A stretch of DNA of 62,000 nt from Chiloscyllium plagiosum (taxonomy: Eukaryota): assembly GCF_004010195.1 (NCBI RefSeq), contig NC_057755.1, positions 9,339,306-9,401,305 of the forward strand. Direction: 5' to 3'. Shown here one piece after another: positions 26,952 through 40,434 of the stretch. How positions within the stretch are numbered: position 1 is the stretch's first letter; each line of letters begins with the position of its first letter. The notes beneath the pieces were generated by a model. The model had not been told where the DNA came from. It ran no database searches and was given only the letters and a program-made list of their open reading frames with translations. The position numbers were made by a program, and so were the translations under genes.

Positions 26952-27649
26952 TTTTACGACATGGAGTAAGCCCTCCTGCTTAATTCAGACCAGCAACACA
27001 GAAAATATTTCTCCCATTCAGTAATCTGTGAAAATTCGAGAGTCCAAGAACTATTAAAAGTAAAAATTAAAAACTTTTTTCTTAAAGTGTGACAGAGAAT
27101 AATAAACTAACAACTATTTACAACTCCTTCCTCGAGTATATCATTTACCTTCCCTTCTATAATACTAGTCTGATAAAGCTCCGCAATTAAGATTTTCCAA
27201 AAATTCACGTTTTCAAAACCAACTAGCTGTCAAGTCTTCTATTAGGATTCCTTTGTCTTCTTTTCTTCTTCTTTGCGATTATGATTCACAGGTCACGGAT
27301 CGAAGAGGGTACCTTTAAGAGATTGGTGGATGCCATTGGCTTGGCAGTTCTTCTTCCAACTATTCAATTTCCCCCAGTCTTGCACTCACAAAGCATCGTT
27401 TGTGCCATTGGTTTTTAAGATTGTCAATACACTAAATTCATACATGATTTGGAGTATAGTAATTTTAGGGCTATAATTTAAACTGATTGGTCTACTTCAA
27501 AACTGTTTTGTCATTCCCAGACAACCCAGCTAATCCACCTTCTGACCAAGTGTTACATTGTTACCTTATTCAGAACATTGTTGCTGTCAGGTATTCTGCG
27601 GGCTTTTTAAATTTTCTTAAAGTTATAGTGCACCCACATCTTCATAACA
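26952..27649 (-). mobile_element. Solo LTR (same family as 21811-22739) nested in an old CR1 fragment
   Basis: Minus strand begins TGTTATGAAGATG; the other end matches 22500-22739. The CR1 peptide DIESKSK...QLEYCTQ continues after 27650; near-TSD CTAT/CTCT. Confidence 0.75.
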
Positions 27650-28842
27650 CTCTAGACATAGAGTCCAAGAGCAAACCGTTTCTGTTCAACTTCTGGAAGG
27701 AACTAGTTCTCTCTCAGCTGGAATATTGTACTCAGTTAGAGGAACCATATTCTCAGAAGGATATGTAGCTACTGAACAGATTAGAACACAGAACGTAAGA
27801 ATTTGGAAGAAGAGGAGGCCATTCAGTGCCACAAGCCAGCTCTGCCATGCATAAAACGATGGCTGATCTCATTCTGGCCTGCACTCCAGTTTCCTGGACG
27901 ATACTTAACACTTGAATTCACTTCTTATGAAAGATTTGCATTAAAGGTTACAAATTCTGTCTGAATCTGTAACCTTTCATTTCAGACTACCCCACACACG
28001 GAGACATCGTCTCAACATCTTCTTCATAAATTCCTGGGAGCAGCATGCATCCATCAGTAAGAGCACCTCTTATTCCATCAAACGCCATAGAATGTAAGCT
28101 AAAATCCTCACTCTTTCTTATTAAGGCACATGCAATTTCTCTGGAAATTAATCTCTTGATATTCCATTGAACAATGTCCAGTGTCCTCACTCTGTAAGTA
28201 AGGGGGAAAAAGCAGTAAGGAATAGTCCAGGTTTGTTATGTTTGTTCTCACTAACATCGTGCACAGTTGCAACAAATCATCCCAATTTTTATACTCTATT
28301 CCTTGAGCAAAACATGCCGATATTCAATTTGCCTTCTTTATTACCTGCTATACCTGCAATCTCCTTCACGAAAATTCAGCCATGATGTCACGTCCCTCGA
28401 CATGAAAGCAAAATTACGACATAGATTCAAACACTCAAGAAAGAAGAAAGTGCTTGATAACTGCAGTGGCCAGAACAAATTGGCACAGTCGAAAAATACT
28501 GCACAGGATTGAAATGAGGAGGCATTTCTTTGCCCAGAGTGTGGTGAAGGTTTGAAATTCTTTGTAACTGAAAGTAGTTAATGGCAAAACGTTGAGTGTT
28601 TGAAAAAATGCAATTCAGATGGTTCTTAATACTTAGCGGATCAATGGTTGTGAAGAGAAAGTGGAAGCAGGATAGTAATTTGCACGACCAGCCTGAATAT
28701 GTTGAATATTGCTGAAATATTCATGGGTTGAATGGCTCCTCACGTTCGTCTTTTGCAACTTTCTATGGAATACATACCTCTTCAGTGACTGTATTGTCAG
28801 AATTTGTTGACTGTGTGAAATATTCGGATATTCTTGTCTTAC

Positions 28843-28912
28843 CAAGAATGCCAATGGCTGCAAGGATCGGGTAGTATATTATCTTCATCTGTAGAATCAC
28901 TGGCTGTGCCAT
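28843..28912 (-). CDS. Exon 1 of GPCR locus A (MAQPVILQMKIIYYPILAAIGIL plus 1 nt)
   Basis: 70-nt exon with strong Kozak context (AGAATGG), N-terminus/TM1 motif IYYPILAAIG, and donor G|GTAAG at 28843/28842. Phase 1 fits the exon 2 acceptor, giving 984 nt / 327 aa. Confidence 0.88.
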
Positions 28913-28964
28913 TCTCAGACGAATATCTGCAATGTATCCAGATAGAAGACTTCACTTGCAATGC

Positions 28965-28995
28965 AACTGAGGACTGGGAATATTCTCTATTTATA
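28965..28995 (-). promoter_or_regulatory. Candidate core promoter of GPCR A: TATA box and Inr
   Basis: TATAAATA at 28995-28988 and TCAGTT at 28970-28965 (+1 near 28968), followed by a 56-nt ATG-free leader. Confidence 0.55.
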
Positions 28996-31436
28996 GAAGA
29001 ATCTGTCCCTGGTTGTGGCGGTTTGAACATTGTCAGAGTTTGTTATGATCATTGATGAGATTTTTGCCGCATGATTTAATCCATGAGGAAATGACATGTC
29101 TTCTTAACATATGCACCTTTTACGAAAATAAACATAATGAAAATCGTGAAAAAACTACTGTGATTGGTACAGTTCCAAGAAACAGAAATAAGGCATTGAA
29201 CCATGTCATTTTGTTGGCTCCCATTTAGTTCTGGTGAACACGCTAAATTAATTTATACAGTAATTCGAAAGTTTTAGGCACAGCTTTGAATTTTCCCAGG
29301 CATTATCATTTATTAGAGTAATTTATCATTCATCCTGATGAACATCCTTTAAAACCAGTAGTGGAAGCATGTCATAGAATTTCTGATAGACATTAGTGAC
29401 TGCGGGTCAGGTAGAGCTGTGTAGGCTGAGATTCAACGATTCTTAATCAGGAGGGGATTCATGGTTGTGGGAAAAGAGTAGGAAAGTGGACTTAGGATGT
29501 TTCATCAGCTACGATCCTCTTGGATCAAGGGGCCGAATAGCTTATTACAATTCCCATTTAAAATGAGTTTTTAAAATGGAACATTGTTGAAGTTTTTAAA
29601 TGAAATCAAAATAAGCAAGAAGAAAAAGTGTAAACAGCACCACAAGAATCTAAGCAATGACTTTTCAAGATTAAATTCGAATATTGTTTCGCATGAACAA
29701 AACAGAAATCCTGCATGACGTGCTTACTTGAATATTTACCAGATAGAAGGTTTTGATGTGTCTAATACTGGGGACGTGAATGTAAAATGAGGGTAAAAAT
29801 GTTCAAAGGAGATGTGATCAGCAGGTCATTTAAAACAGAGAGTGGTATGGTTCTGGAACCCGCTGCCTGGATTGATAAAGGAGGCAGATACGGCAAGGGC
29901 ATTTAAGGTACTTTTAGATCAGCATATGATCTAACAATGGAGAGATATGGACTAAGGATAGGCAGAATGGATTAGTTTGGTATGGCGTCACAAGACCTTG
30001 AGACACAGGGCCAGATCCTGCACTGTCCAATTCTATCATCTATGTAGATATCGATTTAATGTCAAAGGCCTGAGCAAAGTTGCAACTTGGTCTCAATTGA
30101 CTGGATGGTTAGTTTGCAATGCTGAATAAAGCGAAAAGGTCGTTTCCTTAGTGCTGCTGCCATGAAGATTCAACATTGCTTCTTTCCTGAGATGGTGGCA
30201 CTCCAGTTAAGCCACCACCAGTTGTTTCTCTCTCATGAGAATTCAAGAACATAACAGCATTATATTTATGTAACCTTGCAACCAAAATCCTATTCTATCT
30301 ATGCATGCAAGCTGTTCGGGTGATTATAGCTCTCGGTGCAAAACAAATAAATTTCCTGGTATTTGGTCATTTCTAGAAAACATGATGCAAAGCAAATGAA
30401 AATAAAAGATTGTCCAAATTTAAAGAAAACGCATAAAGCCATTCGATTTAAAGTTTGAATGTGTGGAGCAATGAAGACGTGTTATGGAGAACGTCTAATT
30501 TTCATTTGGACACTGTATTCTCATTTGGAAGTGCTTATTTTCGAAGGAAGAACACTTGTTTTGAAACAGGAATTCTGTTTTCTTTCCACATATTCTGCCA
30601 GGCCTGCTGACACTTTACAGCAATTCCTGTTGTTTGCGACAGTACTTGCTGTGTTCAAATTGCAATGAATACACTGAAAGTAGCAGTGAAATGAGACAGC
30701 TTCTGCAGTGTAACTGTGAGGTGACGGAAGTAGAAATTTAGCAAATTATGATTCTTATGCTATTGGATAAAGTGATCCTCAAGATTTATGTCAGCTACTA
30801 ACAGCATGGGCAGAAATAAATGCTACTTCTAATCTGGTAAAATTGGGGAATGAGAGGACATTTGTCAAACGGTACCACTTGTGATATTATGTAGCTCTCA
30901 GTCCATTGCTCTGCATTGTATATATCCCAACAATGCCATCTTGAAAAGGGAAATGACAAGCAACTGACAGCTGGAATCATCCTTTGTATGTTGTTAGGCT
31001 TCACGGTCTGACATTAACACTGAAATATGTTTCTTTGGGTTATCACGAGTTTTAAACTGTTGCTTCCTTCATTAATTATCATATTTTTGTAGATTCCTGT
31101 GACTAATCTCTAAGTCTAAAGCATTTTTTAAAAATTGTAGAATATTTGTAAGCAGTTTTAGATGAATGTAGAAATTTAGTGAAACGTTATCAAAGAAAGA
31201 CATTTTTTGTTAAAAAAACAGACTGATGTCGGGTCAAATCATGGCTGTGATTCCTGCAGGAACTGTGACATCAACATTTATTAACTACTATTGAAGTTGA
31301 AACAATCTAGGATGGGGGACACGGATATTATTTTCTTCTCTTCATTTATCTACATTATGCAAACACGCCAGAGAATCTTAGTTTCACATAAAATACGAGT
31401 GAAATTCTATGCTTACCTGCTAATAGGAATTCTCAA

Positions 31437-32315
31437 TCATCTCCTTTTCATATTTAATAACTTTACAACGAACGCACAGGATTTCAGAAGATTCAAAAGC
31501 TCTCTTCTGAATTTCTTCTGGACCACTACATAAATGCATGTGTTTGAATAGGATATCAAATGCGTTAGCGTGGCTTCAGTTTGGTATGCCCTAGACTTTG
31601 GACTTGCAATATCTCCTTGGTCGTAAGAGGGATCTGTCAGTCTGGTAATTACAAGGTATATCACAGCTGACATCCATGACAGAAAGAAACTTCCCAACAC
31701 TACACACAGTAAAGCAAGTTTTTTGTTTGATGCATTAAAGTAAGATCACGTTGATTGCCAATTCTGTGACTTCGAAGTACTCTGCGTGCTTTTTTTTGCC
31801 ATTATATGTCTGATTATGAATGAATTAATCAAGGAAATTTGAATGAAAGGATACCAAACTAAGTAGATGTCGTAAAACTAGATGTACACTACTCCTGCAA
31901 TTTAGGGAAGGAATATTATCATTTCACCCCGTTAATAAGTTGGCCACATTCATATGGAAGGAAAATGGCGATATTCTTAATAAGCATGATGGCATAGATC
32001 ACGGTTATAATTTCCATGATACAGTCCCTTGATTGAAATTTCGGTCAGCGATAACCACAAAGCCATCAAAAGTGAAGGCGACTGTGAACCAAATTGATAA
32101 ATTGAACATAACAATAGCCAGGTAGACAGTCAACTTGCAAATATGCTAATGAGACCAAAACGACACTGGAAAGTGATACACAAGAATACGATTAACTATG
32201 AAAATACTGATTATAACCTGCAGCTCTGCTGTTGCCATAGCAAGCATGTATTTACAGATGCACTTCGAGAGTCCACATTTTCCACGCACGGGAATTAAAA
32301 TCATCATCATGGTCG
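31437..32315 (-). pseudogene. GPR139-like GPCR exon-2 pseudogene (locus B)
   Basis: RGKCGLSKCICKYMLAMATAEL, WFTVAFTFDGF and LISYSNTCIYVVVQKKFRREL; stop at 32146, frameshifts, acceptor reads CAA instead of CAG. Confidence 0.9.
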
Positions 32316-33228
32316 TTGTAAAAAAGACACGGAAGAGGAATATTGACTCAAACATTTTTTTTCCTTTCCAGAATAGAAACATAGAAATGAAACATTAATT
32401 GTAACTCAAGTGACTATACAGGATTAAAAACAAAAATGTGGAAGCTCCTGACTGCCTGCCATAGTAATTAGTAAGCGCAATCTGCCTCAAATCACAAACA
32501 TATTGATGAGCATAACTTCGTTTTGTTGTCACGAAAGCGTTTGTGGAAATCATAGAGGCAAAGAGGATTACAGCAGTGTAAAGGAACCTTTCGCATATCA
32601 ATTCTTCACCAGTCAAGAACAACTAAGTAAGTATTCTAATCCCAATTTTCAGCACGTGCACCACAAACCTGGTATGTACTGGCATTTTAAAGCTAATCTG
32701 AATTTTTTTAAGAGTATGAGGGGTTCAGACCCTTACACTCTCAGAAGTATTGACTTCCAGATTTCCATCACTATTTTAATGAAAATACTTTTTCATTTCA
32801 TTTCCTCCAACACTTCAGCCCTTAACTTACATCGAGGTCACATGGTAATTAATACTTCTAATAATGGAAACAATTTCTCCTGGCCTACTTGGTTATGCCT
32901 CTCATAAGTGTACACTTTTGATGCATGTCCCCATCTAATCTCTTCTGCTGTAACGATCTGACTAATCTCTTTTCATGAGCGACTCTGACGAGCCCAGGCA
33001 TCATTCTTGCAAATCTCTTTGAATCCTCTCCATTGCAATTATATTCCTCTAATTATGCACACTCTGGAACGACATACCACTGAAAATTTCCAATGTTAGT
33101 TTGCCCATTTCATTCTCGGATTTAGCTTAGCGACAGGAAAGTTCTGTCAAAAATATCCTTCCACAATGAAGACTGAATTTCTCTTTTTGCTATTCTAATG
33201 ACCATTCAATAAGAAATGACCCAAAATT

Positions 33229-33512
33229 GGGCTGCACGGAGGCACAGTGGTTAGCACTGCCCCTCAACAGCGCCAGGGACCCCGGTTCAATTCATGCCTC
33301 GGGCAACTGTCTGTGTGGAATTTGCACATTCTCCCCGTGTCTGCGTGGGTTTCCTCCCACAGTCCAAAGATGTGCAGGTTAGGTGAAATAGCCAAGCTAA
33401 ATTGTCCGTAGTGTTAGGTGAAGGGGTAAAGGTAGGGGAATGGGTTTGGTTGGGTTGCTCTTCTGAGGGATGGTGTGGACTTGTTTCCACACTGTAAGTA
33501 ATCTAATCTAAT
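33229..33512 (+). mobile_element. HE1-like V-SINE
   Basis: GGCACAGTGGTTAGCACTGC, GGTTCAATTC, V-domain, AATCTAATCTAAT tail. Confidence 0.9.
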
Positions 33513-33802
33513 TTAGCTTCGACATAATTATTCTGGATTCGTGATTTAGATTACATACAGATGGAGAAGTCATAAATCACCAAGCAATTGGATAAATTTA
33601 AAAATCTGTGATGTAGTCTTGTCGGAATGATTCGTCCTCCACAACGTTGCCAAGCCTTGTGCCATTGTGTGCAGACAACAAGAAAACAATTGTTCACAGA
33701 TATGAAGAAATTTAGTTACCATGTGAAGTTGGAACTAATAGTGTCACTATTTGTGGAACAAAGGAAACTGGGGAGATATTAAGCTGATATGTTAGAAAAT
33801 AA

Positions 33803-34995
33803 AACATAGAACAATACAGTGCAGAACAGGCCCTAAGGCCCTTGATGTTGCGCCGACCTGTGAACTATACTCAGCTCGTCCCCCTACACTATCCTATCAT
33901 CATCCATGTGCTTATCTAAGGATTGTTTAAATCTTCTTAATGTGGCTCAGTTAACTACATTAGCAGATAGGGCATTCCATGCCCTTATCACTCTCTGAGT
34001 AAAGAGCCTGCCTCTGTCATCTGTCTTAAATCTATCACCCCTCAATTTGTAGTTATGCCCCCTCGTACAAGCTGATGTCATCGTCCCGGGGTAAAAAGGA
34101 CTTTCATTGTCTACCCTAGCTAATCCTCTGATCATCTTGTGTATCCTTATCAAATCCACTCTTAGCCTTCTTCTTTCCAATGAGTACAGACCCAAGTCTC
34201 CCAGCCTTTCCTCATAAGACCTTCCCTCCAGACCAGGCAACATCCTGGTCAATCTCCTCTGCACCTTTTCCAATGCTTCTACATCCTTCCTGAAATATGG
34301 CGACCAGAACTGTACACAATATTCCAAGTGTGGCCACATTAGTGTTTTGTGTAGTTCCAGCATGATATTGCGGCTCCAGAACTCAATCCCTCGACGAATG
34401 AAACCTAACGCACGGTATGCCTTCTTAACAACACTATTAACCTGGCTGGCAACTTTCAGGGATCTATGTACGTGGACTCCAAGATCCCTCTGCACATCCA
34501 CACTACCAATAAACTTTACATTGACCCAGTACTCAGCCTTCCTTTTATTCTTTCCGAAGTGCCTCATCTCACATTTAGCTGCATTGAACTCCATTTGCCA
34601 TCTCTCAGCTGTATTCTGCAGTTTATTCAAGTCTCTCTGCAACCTCTAACATTCTTCCCAACTGTCCACTACTTCACCGACTTTTGTGTCATCTGCAAAT
34701 ATACTAATCCACCCACATATGCCTGCAACTAAGTAATATATAAAAATGACAAAACAGATCCTTATGGCACACCACCCGTAACCAGACTCCAGGTGAATAT
34801 TTTCCATCAACCACGCCTCGCTGCCTTCTTTCAGCAGCCTTCCATGTGGAAACTTTTCAAAGGCTTTACTGAAGTCTATGTATACCATGTCTACTGCCCT
34901 ACCGTCATCTACATGCTGGGTCACCTTCTCAAAAAACTGAATGAGGTTTGTGAGACACGACCTGCCCAGGACAAAATCATGTTGATTATCTGAAA
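33803..34995 (-). mobile_element. 5'-truncated CR1 LINE
   Basis: IFADDTKVG, ERWQMEFNAAKC, PHLEYCVQFWSP and FTQRVIRAWNAL; tail reverse complement ACATAGAACAATACAG at about 33805. Confidence 0.93.
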
Positions 34996-35290
34996 TCACA
35001 CAAGACCACAAGACCACGGGCGAAAGTTTAACCTTCAGGTAATATCCACATGCAGCGAAATGTGTCAAATTTGCTACTGGACATATCTGGGTGGTATGGC
35101 CAGGGCTAACTCTAACATTACGTCGAAGCTCAGACCTGTCTTATTTTTAAACCATCCAAAAGAAACATTGTTAAATCTGGATAGATGTTTCTTGAGTAAG
35201 AGATATAAATATTTAGGAAATAAGGCAGGGCAGGTGATTGAGGTGTCAGTGGGGGAAACACTTTGGGGGCAGCGACCATGATTCTATTCG

Positions 35291-36664
35291 ATTTAAAATA
35301 ATGATGGAAAAGGTTGGACAGATCTAAAAGTTGAAGTTCTAAATTGGAGAAAGGTTAATTTTGACGGTGTTAGGCAAGCACTTTCGAAAGCTGATTGGGG
35401 CAGATGTTCGTAAGTAAATGAACGGCTGGAAAATGGGAAGCCTTCAGAAATGAGATAACGAGAATCCAGATAAAGCATATTCCTGTCAGGGTGAAAGGGA
35501 AGGCTGGTAGGTATAGGGAATGCTGGATGACTAAAGAAATTGAGGGATTGGTTAGGAAAACGAAGAAACCTTATGAAAAGTATAGACAGAATAGATTGAG
35601 TGAATCCTTCGAAGAGTATAAAGGAAGTAGGAATATACGTAAGAGGGAAATCAGGAGGGCAAAAATGGGACATGAGATAGCTTTGGCAAATACAGTGAAG
35701 GAGAATCCAAAGAGTTTTTACAAATAAGGACAAAAGGGTAACTAGGGAGAGAATTGGGCCCCTCAAAGATCAGCAAGGCGCCCTTTGTGTGGAGCTGTAG
35801 AAAATTGGGGAGATACTAAATGAGTATTTTGCATCAGTATTTACTGTGGAAAAGGATATGGAAGATATAGACTGTAGGGAAATGGATGGTGACATCTTGC
35901 AAACGTCCATATTACAGAGGGAGAAGTGTTGTCATGATACGCAAAAAATTGGAAAAATCCCCAGGACCTGATCAGGTGAACCCAAGAATTCTGTGGAAAG
36001 CTAGAAAAGTAATTCCTGGGCCTCTTGCTGAGATATTTGTATCATCGATAGTCACAGTTGAGATGCCGGTACACTGGATGTTGGTGGTGCCACTGTTTAC
36101 GAAGTGTGGTAACGACAAGCCAGGGAACTGTAGACCTACTGTCTGACGTAGGTGGTGGGCAAGTTGTTGGAGGGAATCCTGTAGGACAGGATGTACATGT
36201 ATTTGGAAAGGCAAGGATTAATTAGGGACTGTTAGCACAGCTTTGTGCGTAGGAAATCACGTCTTGCAAACACTGTCTGACGTAGGTGGTGGGCAAGTTG
36301 TTGGAGGGAATCCTGTAGGACAGGATGTACATGTATTTGGAAAGGCAAGGACTAATTAGGGACAGTTAGCACAGCTTTGTGCGTAGGAAATCACGTCTTG
36401 CAAACGTGATTTAGTTTTTGGAACAAGTTACAAAGAGGATTGATGAGAGCAGAGAGGTAGATGTGACCTACATGGACTTCAGTAAGGTGTTCGACCGGTT
36501 CTCCATGGGAGACTGATTAGCAAGGTTAGATCTCATGGAATACAGAGAGAACTAGACATTTGGATAAAGAGCTGGCTCAAAGGTAGAAGACAGAGGGTGG
36601 TGGTGGTGGAAGGTTGTTTTACAGGCTGGAGGCCTGTGACCAGTGGAAAGCCACATGGGTCGGT
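35291..36664 (+). mobile_element. Internal CR1 ORF2 fragment (both ends missing) with a 134-bp tandem duplication
   Basis: WMTKEIEGLV, ENPKSFYK, KSPGPDQVNPRILW and MDFSK; ends abruptly at the GVPQGS-equivalent motif; 36138-36271 is repeated at 36272-36405. Confidence 0.9.
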
Positions 36665-39356
36665 AAATGTAAACGGTTAACGTTGTATTTTTATCTACAA
36701 CTGGGAGACAGGAAGAAAACATGATTGTGATTACAGAAGTAATAAATGATTTTGTTGTTTAAAGATAGTATGATGCGTTTTCCTAACAATTATACAGCCT
36801 GGAATCAAATAACACTGAAATGTCACGACAGGTCATTCTTCAATAATGTGTGTTAATTCAGCATGAATTGACTATAACATAATCGACGAATTGTGGGCAT
36901 GGTTTGGATAACGCAAACTTTCTACTGTCGATCTTCCATAGCGTGCTGTTGCAGAGTAACTCAACTGTCACATTATACAGAACAACCCGCACTAGCAAAA
37001 ATATACTGCTTCCTTCATTTCTCCCTATTTTTTGCACTTGGGCACTAGACTTGAGTTTGATTACAGACGACCTCCTTCGTCTCGTACTTCTAAAGTTTGT
37101 GAGGTTTCTCATCTCAACCACCCTCCGAGGCAATGCATTCCAGAACCCTCACTTCCCTCCTTATTAAAATTTTTCTTTCCATCCCCTCAAAAATACTTTC
37201 ACTTTCAAATTTATGCACTGAGTTAGCAATGCAGCATCCCAGCATAATACATCTGAAACTGATTATACTACATAAGGGAACAGTGGGTTTGAACCGACAC
37301 TGTCATACCCTTCATAACTTTCACCACTCAGGACTTGCGTGATCTGGCCACGAGGTGGTTGAATGAATTATCCTAAGAACGATCAACTTTTCATTCCACG
37401 GAGTTGAATAGAATCCAAAGTGTCGGTCTTTGGGATAAATGGAGACTCTATCCTCATGCCATCGCATAAAATGCAATTGGAGATTCCAATTTTCTGGACA
37501 AGTGGTAGTCGGGATCGTCTCGACATTACGTTTGCCTCGAGTTGATTTATTGCTGGGAATGATGAAGAAGGGGTCAAAGTTAAGCTTTTTTCTAATATCA
37601 TGAAAAGTCCAGTTGACATCAAATAGACAGAAACATTGCAATAATATTTTTCATTTGTTATACAATCATGCATAGTGAGCAGATAAGTGGCGAAATAAGG
37701 TCTATAACCAGCGATCACTCTCAGCACAATTCACATGTGAGGTCTGCTGCAAATCAATACGAGAATGAGAATAACTCAAAATAAAATTTCAGAATTAATT
37801 GAAAAGAGGAAGCAGGCCTAGCGAGATTAAACTAATTCTGAGGCTGAGGGAGCTCCTTGATTTTTATTTATAAATTCACAAGATGTGGGCATCTTTGACT
37901 GGGCCAGCATTACTTGCTCATTCCACTCCTTATTTCCCAGAGGGCACTAAAGTGTCAAGCACATTGCTATTGATCTGGAATCATACGGGGACCTGACGTG
38001 GAAGGTATGACAGTTTTCTTTCCCAAAAAATATTAGTCGATTAAATTATGTTATGACAATATTTGGTGGTCGCAATTCTCTGTGTCATTATCAAGGAATT
38101 CCCTTGATAGCTCAGCATTGTAACTCAGCAAGTGTACTTTAGTAGTTCAAGAAGACAGCTAACCATCACCTTCTCAAGAGAAGCTAAGGGCGGGTAATAA
38201 AACGTAGGCATAGACAACGATGTCCATGTTGAAAAAAAAAGTCCTGACCAGCTTTTTATTTCTGATTTCATCAGAATAAAATTCACCACCTACGATAGTA
38301 TAATAAATACCTGTGTCCCCAGATGTATTATCCTGGCATTACTAAATCAGTAAATCACCAATAAACCAGAACCTCCAAACTCTTCTAGATTCTCTTCTCG
38401 ATGGATCAAGTATTATGATATTATTCTCAAACGTTACAGCTTTAAGAACCGACAGATTGAAGAAGTTACATCCTTGCCTATTTCCAGCTAAACATAATAA
38501 GCTGTGGAAGAACAAATCAGTCAAACTACTCTGAAATGACCTATTATTTTTAGACTCCCTGTGAATGGAAAAGAAATCCAAAAGTGCAGTGGGGAAACTA
38601 TGGAATACAATGTGATGAGGGAAGAGGGAAGAGTGATGAGGGAAGATTTCTGTTTTCAAAAGGAATCACGCAATTTTCAGCAGACAAATTAATTAACCCA
38701 ATTTTTTTGAGAAAGGAAAATTGGAGAAACATCACGACAGTATTGTCTCATTGTGCCATAAATAATGAGAAACTGAAATGAACTCCTCAGGATGCTGTCA
38801 TGGCATATGCCAGATAGTTTACACTTCCTTGTCTAGCATTTCACGAGAGCGGAAAACAATGCCATGTTCTTCGCAACCTGTAACACATTATCAATAATCA
38901 TGAGCACACCTGCCAAGATATTTCCTCCATTTCTCACCTAGAAAAAACCTCTCAACCTTAAACAGAACACTGTTTACACCAAAATGCCGAATTTTCAGGA
39001 AAACATGGACCACAATATAATGCAACCCTGGCCTGACAAATACTGGAAGACGTTTCAGATTGTCAATATAGATAATAACATTAGACTTGGGACACCACCC
39101 ACCATGTGTGCAGCAGGTGCGCATGTGACTCAGTAAATGGTGGCTATAGATTACGGTGCAGGCAAGAAGCCCAGTGGTATGGTACTTTGGTGAACCACGC
39201 AGATGCTAAAATAATGGATGAAAGGAACAATCACGCAACAATCAGCAGACTGGAATGTTCCATCCGAGTTGGGGGACAGTTAATTGATAAAGGATGGTCA
39301 GACTCGGATCTTCGGGTGACCAACCTCCAAGGTAATCTTCGGGATCTGCAACAATG

Positions 39357-39580
39357 CACAATCGGAGAAAGTGAGGACTGCTGATGCTGGAGATCAGAAT
39401 CGAGAGTATGGTGCTGGAAAACGCAGCAGATCGGTCAGCATTCGAGGAGCAGGAGAATCGAGGCTTCAGTCTTAACCACACATCAGGGATGCTGGGGCTG
39501 ATGCCCAAAACATCAATTTACCTGACCTTTGGTTGCTACCTGACCTGCTGTGACTTTCCAGCATCTCACTCTCGACTGTG
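39357..39580. mobile_element. Fold-back non-autonomous PLE-derived insertion nested in the GIY-YIG remnant
   Basis: Imperfect inverted arms at about 39398-39462 and 39511-39577, similar to 47120-47245; flanked by AACAATG at 39350-39356 and 39581-39587. Confidence 0.7.
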
Positions 39581-39685
39581 AACAATGTAGCGTCGCCGTG
39601 CAGAGGCTAACAACAAGTTCGGTATGTCGTGGATGACGTCAAGCGGATTTTAAGTTTGTGTCACACTACAGCTGACCCACTACCC

Positions 39686-39932
39686 TATACACTCTCACAC
39701 ACATACATACACACAAGCACGCATACACACACACTCTTACACATGATTGCACACACACACTCACTTAGACCATCTCTCATGCACACGCTGTCTCTCAAAC
39801 ACACACATGCACACACACACACTCACGTGCACACCCTCTCGCAGTCACGTTCTCCGTCACACTCGTGCATGCACTCTACCAAGGACACAAACACTCGCAC
39901 ACATTCTCTCTCACCCCATCACACGCACATAT
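39686..39932. repeat. Degenerate (CA)n/(CT)n microsatellite
   Basis: Directly visible CACACA/CTCTC tracts. Confidence 0.9.
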
Positions 39933-40434
39933 ATTCTAATTTTGTTCAAAACCCATATAATCTGTAGGCAGTCAGTCCATGTGACATTTAATAAATTCCT
40001 TCTTTGTAAATACAACTAATCTAACTTAAACTGACAATACTGACAGACTTTAACCTCACACCTTTAATGCTTTGTCTAAGATGAAATGTCTCATTTATTT
40101 GAAAAATGTAATAAAACCTTAAGTTATCTCGGAAATGTGCAAGAGCTTCTGGGAATTCATATACCAATGAATTGCAATATGCAGCCCATTCTAAGTGATT
40201 AAGACTTGACAGAAATCTAGTTTTGTTTAATCGATCCCATCAGCTGTATAAGACTTTGATCTTGTACTCTAAATTCTGTGTCCTCTGATCCTAAAACCAT
40301 TAGCTACCTAAAGAAGGAGCAGTGCTCCGAAAGCCTGTACTTCCAGATAAACCTGTTGGACTCTCACCTGGTGTTGAATGATTTGCTAACTTTGTGCACT
40401 CAAGTTCAACACCAACAGTTCCACAGCATCAATT

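Larger units (their letters stand above)
38820..40432 (+). mobile_element. Penelope-like element 3' part (GIY-YIG endonuclease remnant, CA-rich tract, terminal repeat with hammerhead-like motif)
   Basis: CDSVNGGYRLRCRQEAQWYG resembles the C.S.NVVY.I.C...YIGET of PLE endonucleases; SDLRVTNLQG; terminal repeat CTAAAGAAGGAGCAGTGCTCCGAAAG at 40308. Confidence 0.8.

Noticed and set aside
39629..40019. His/Thr-rich ORFs
   Set aside because: Translations of a (CA)n microsatellite.
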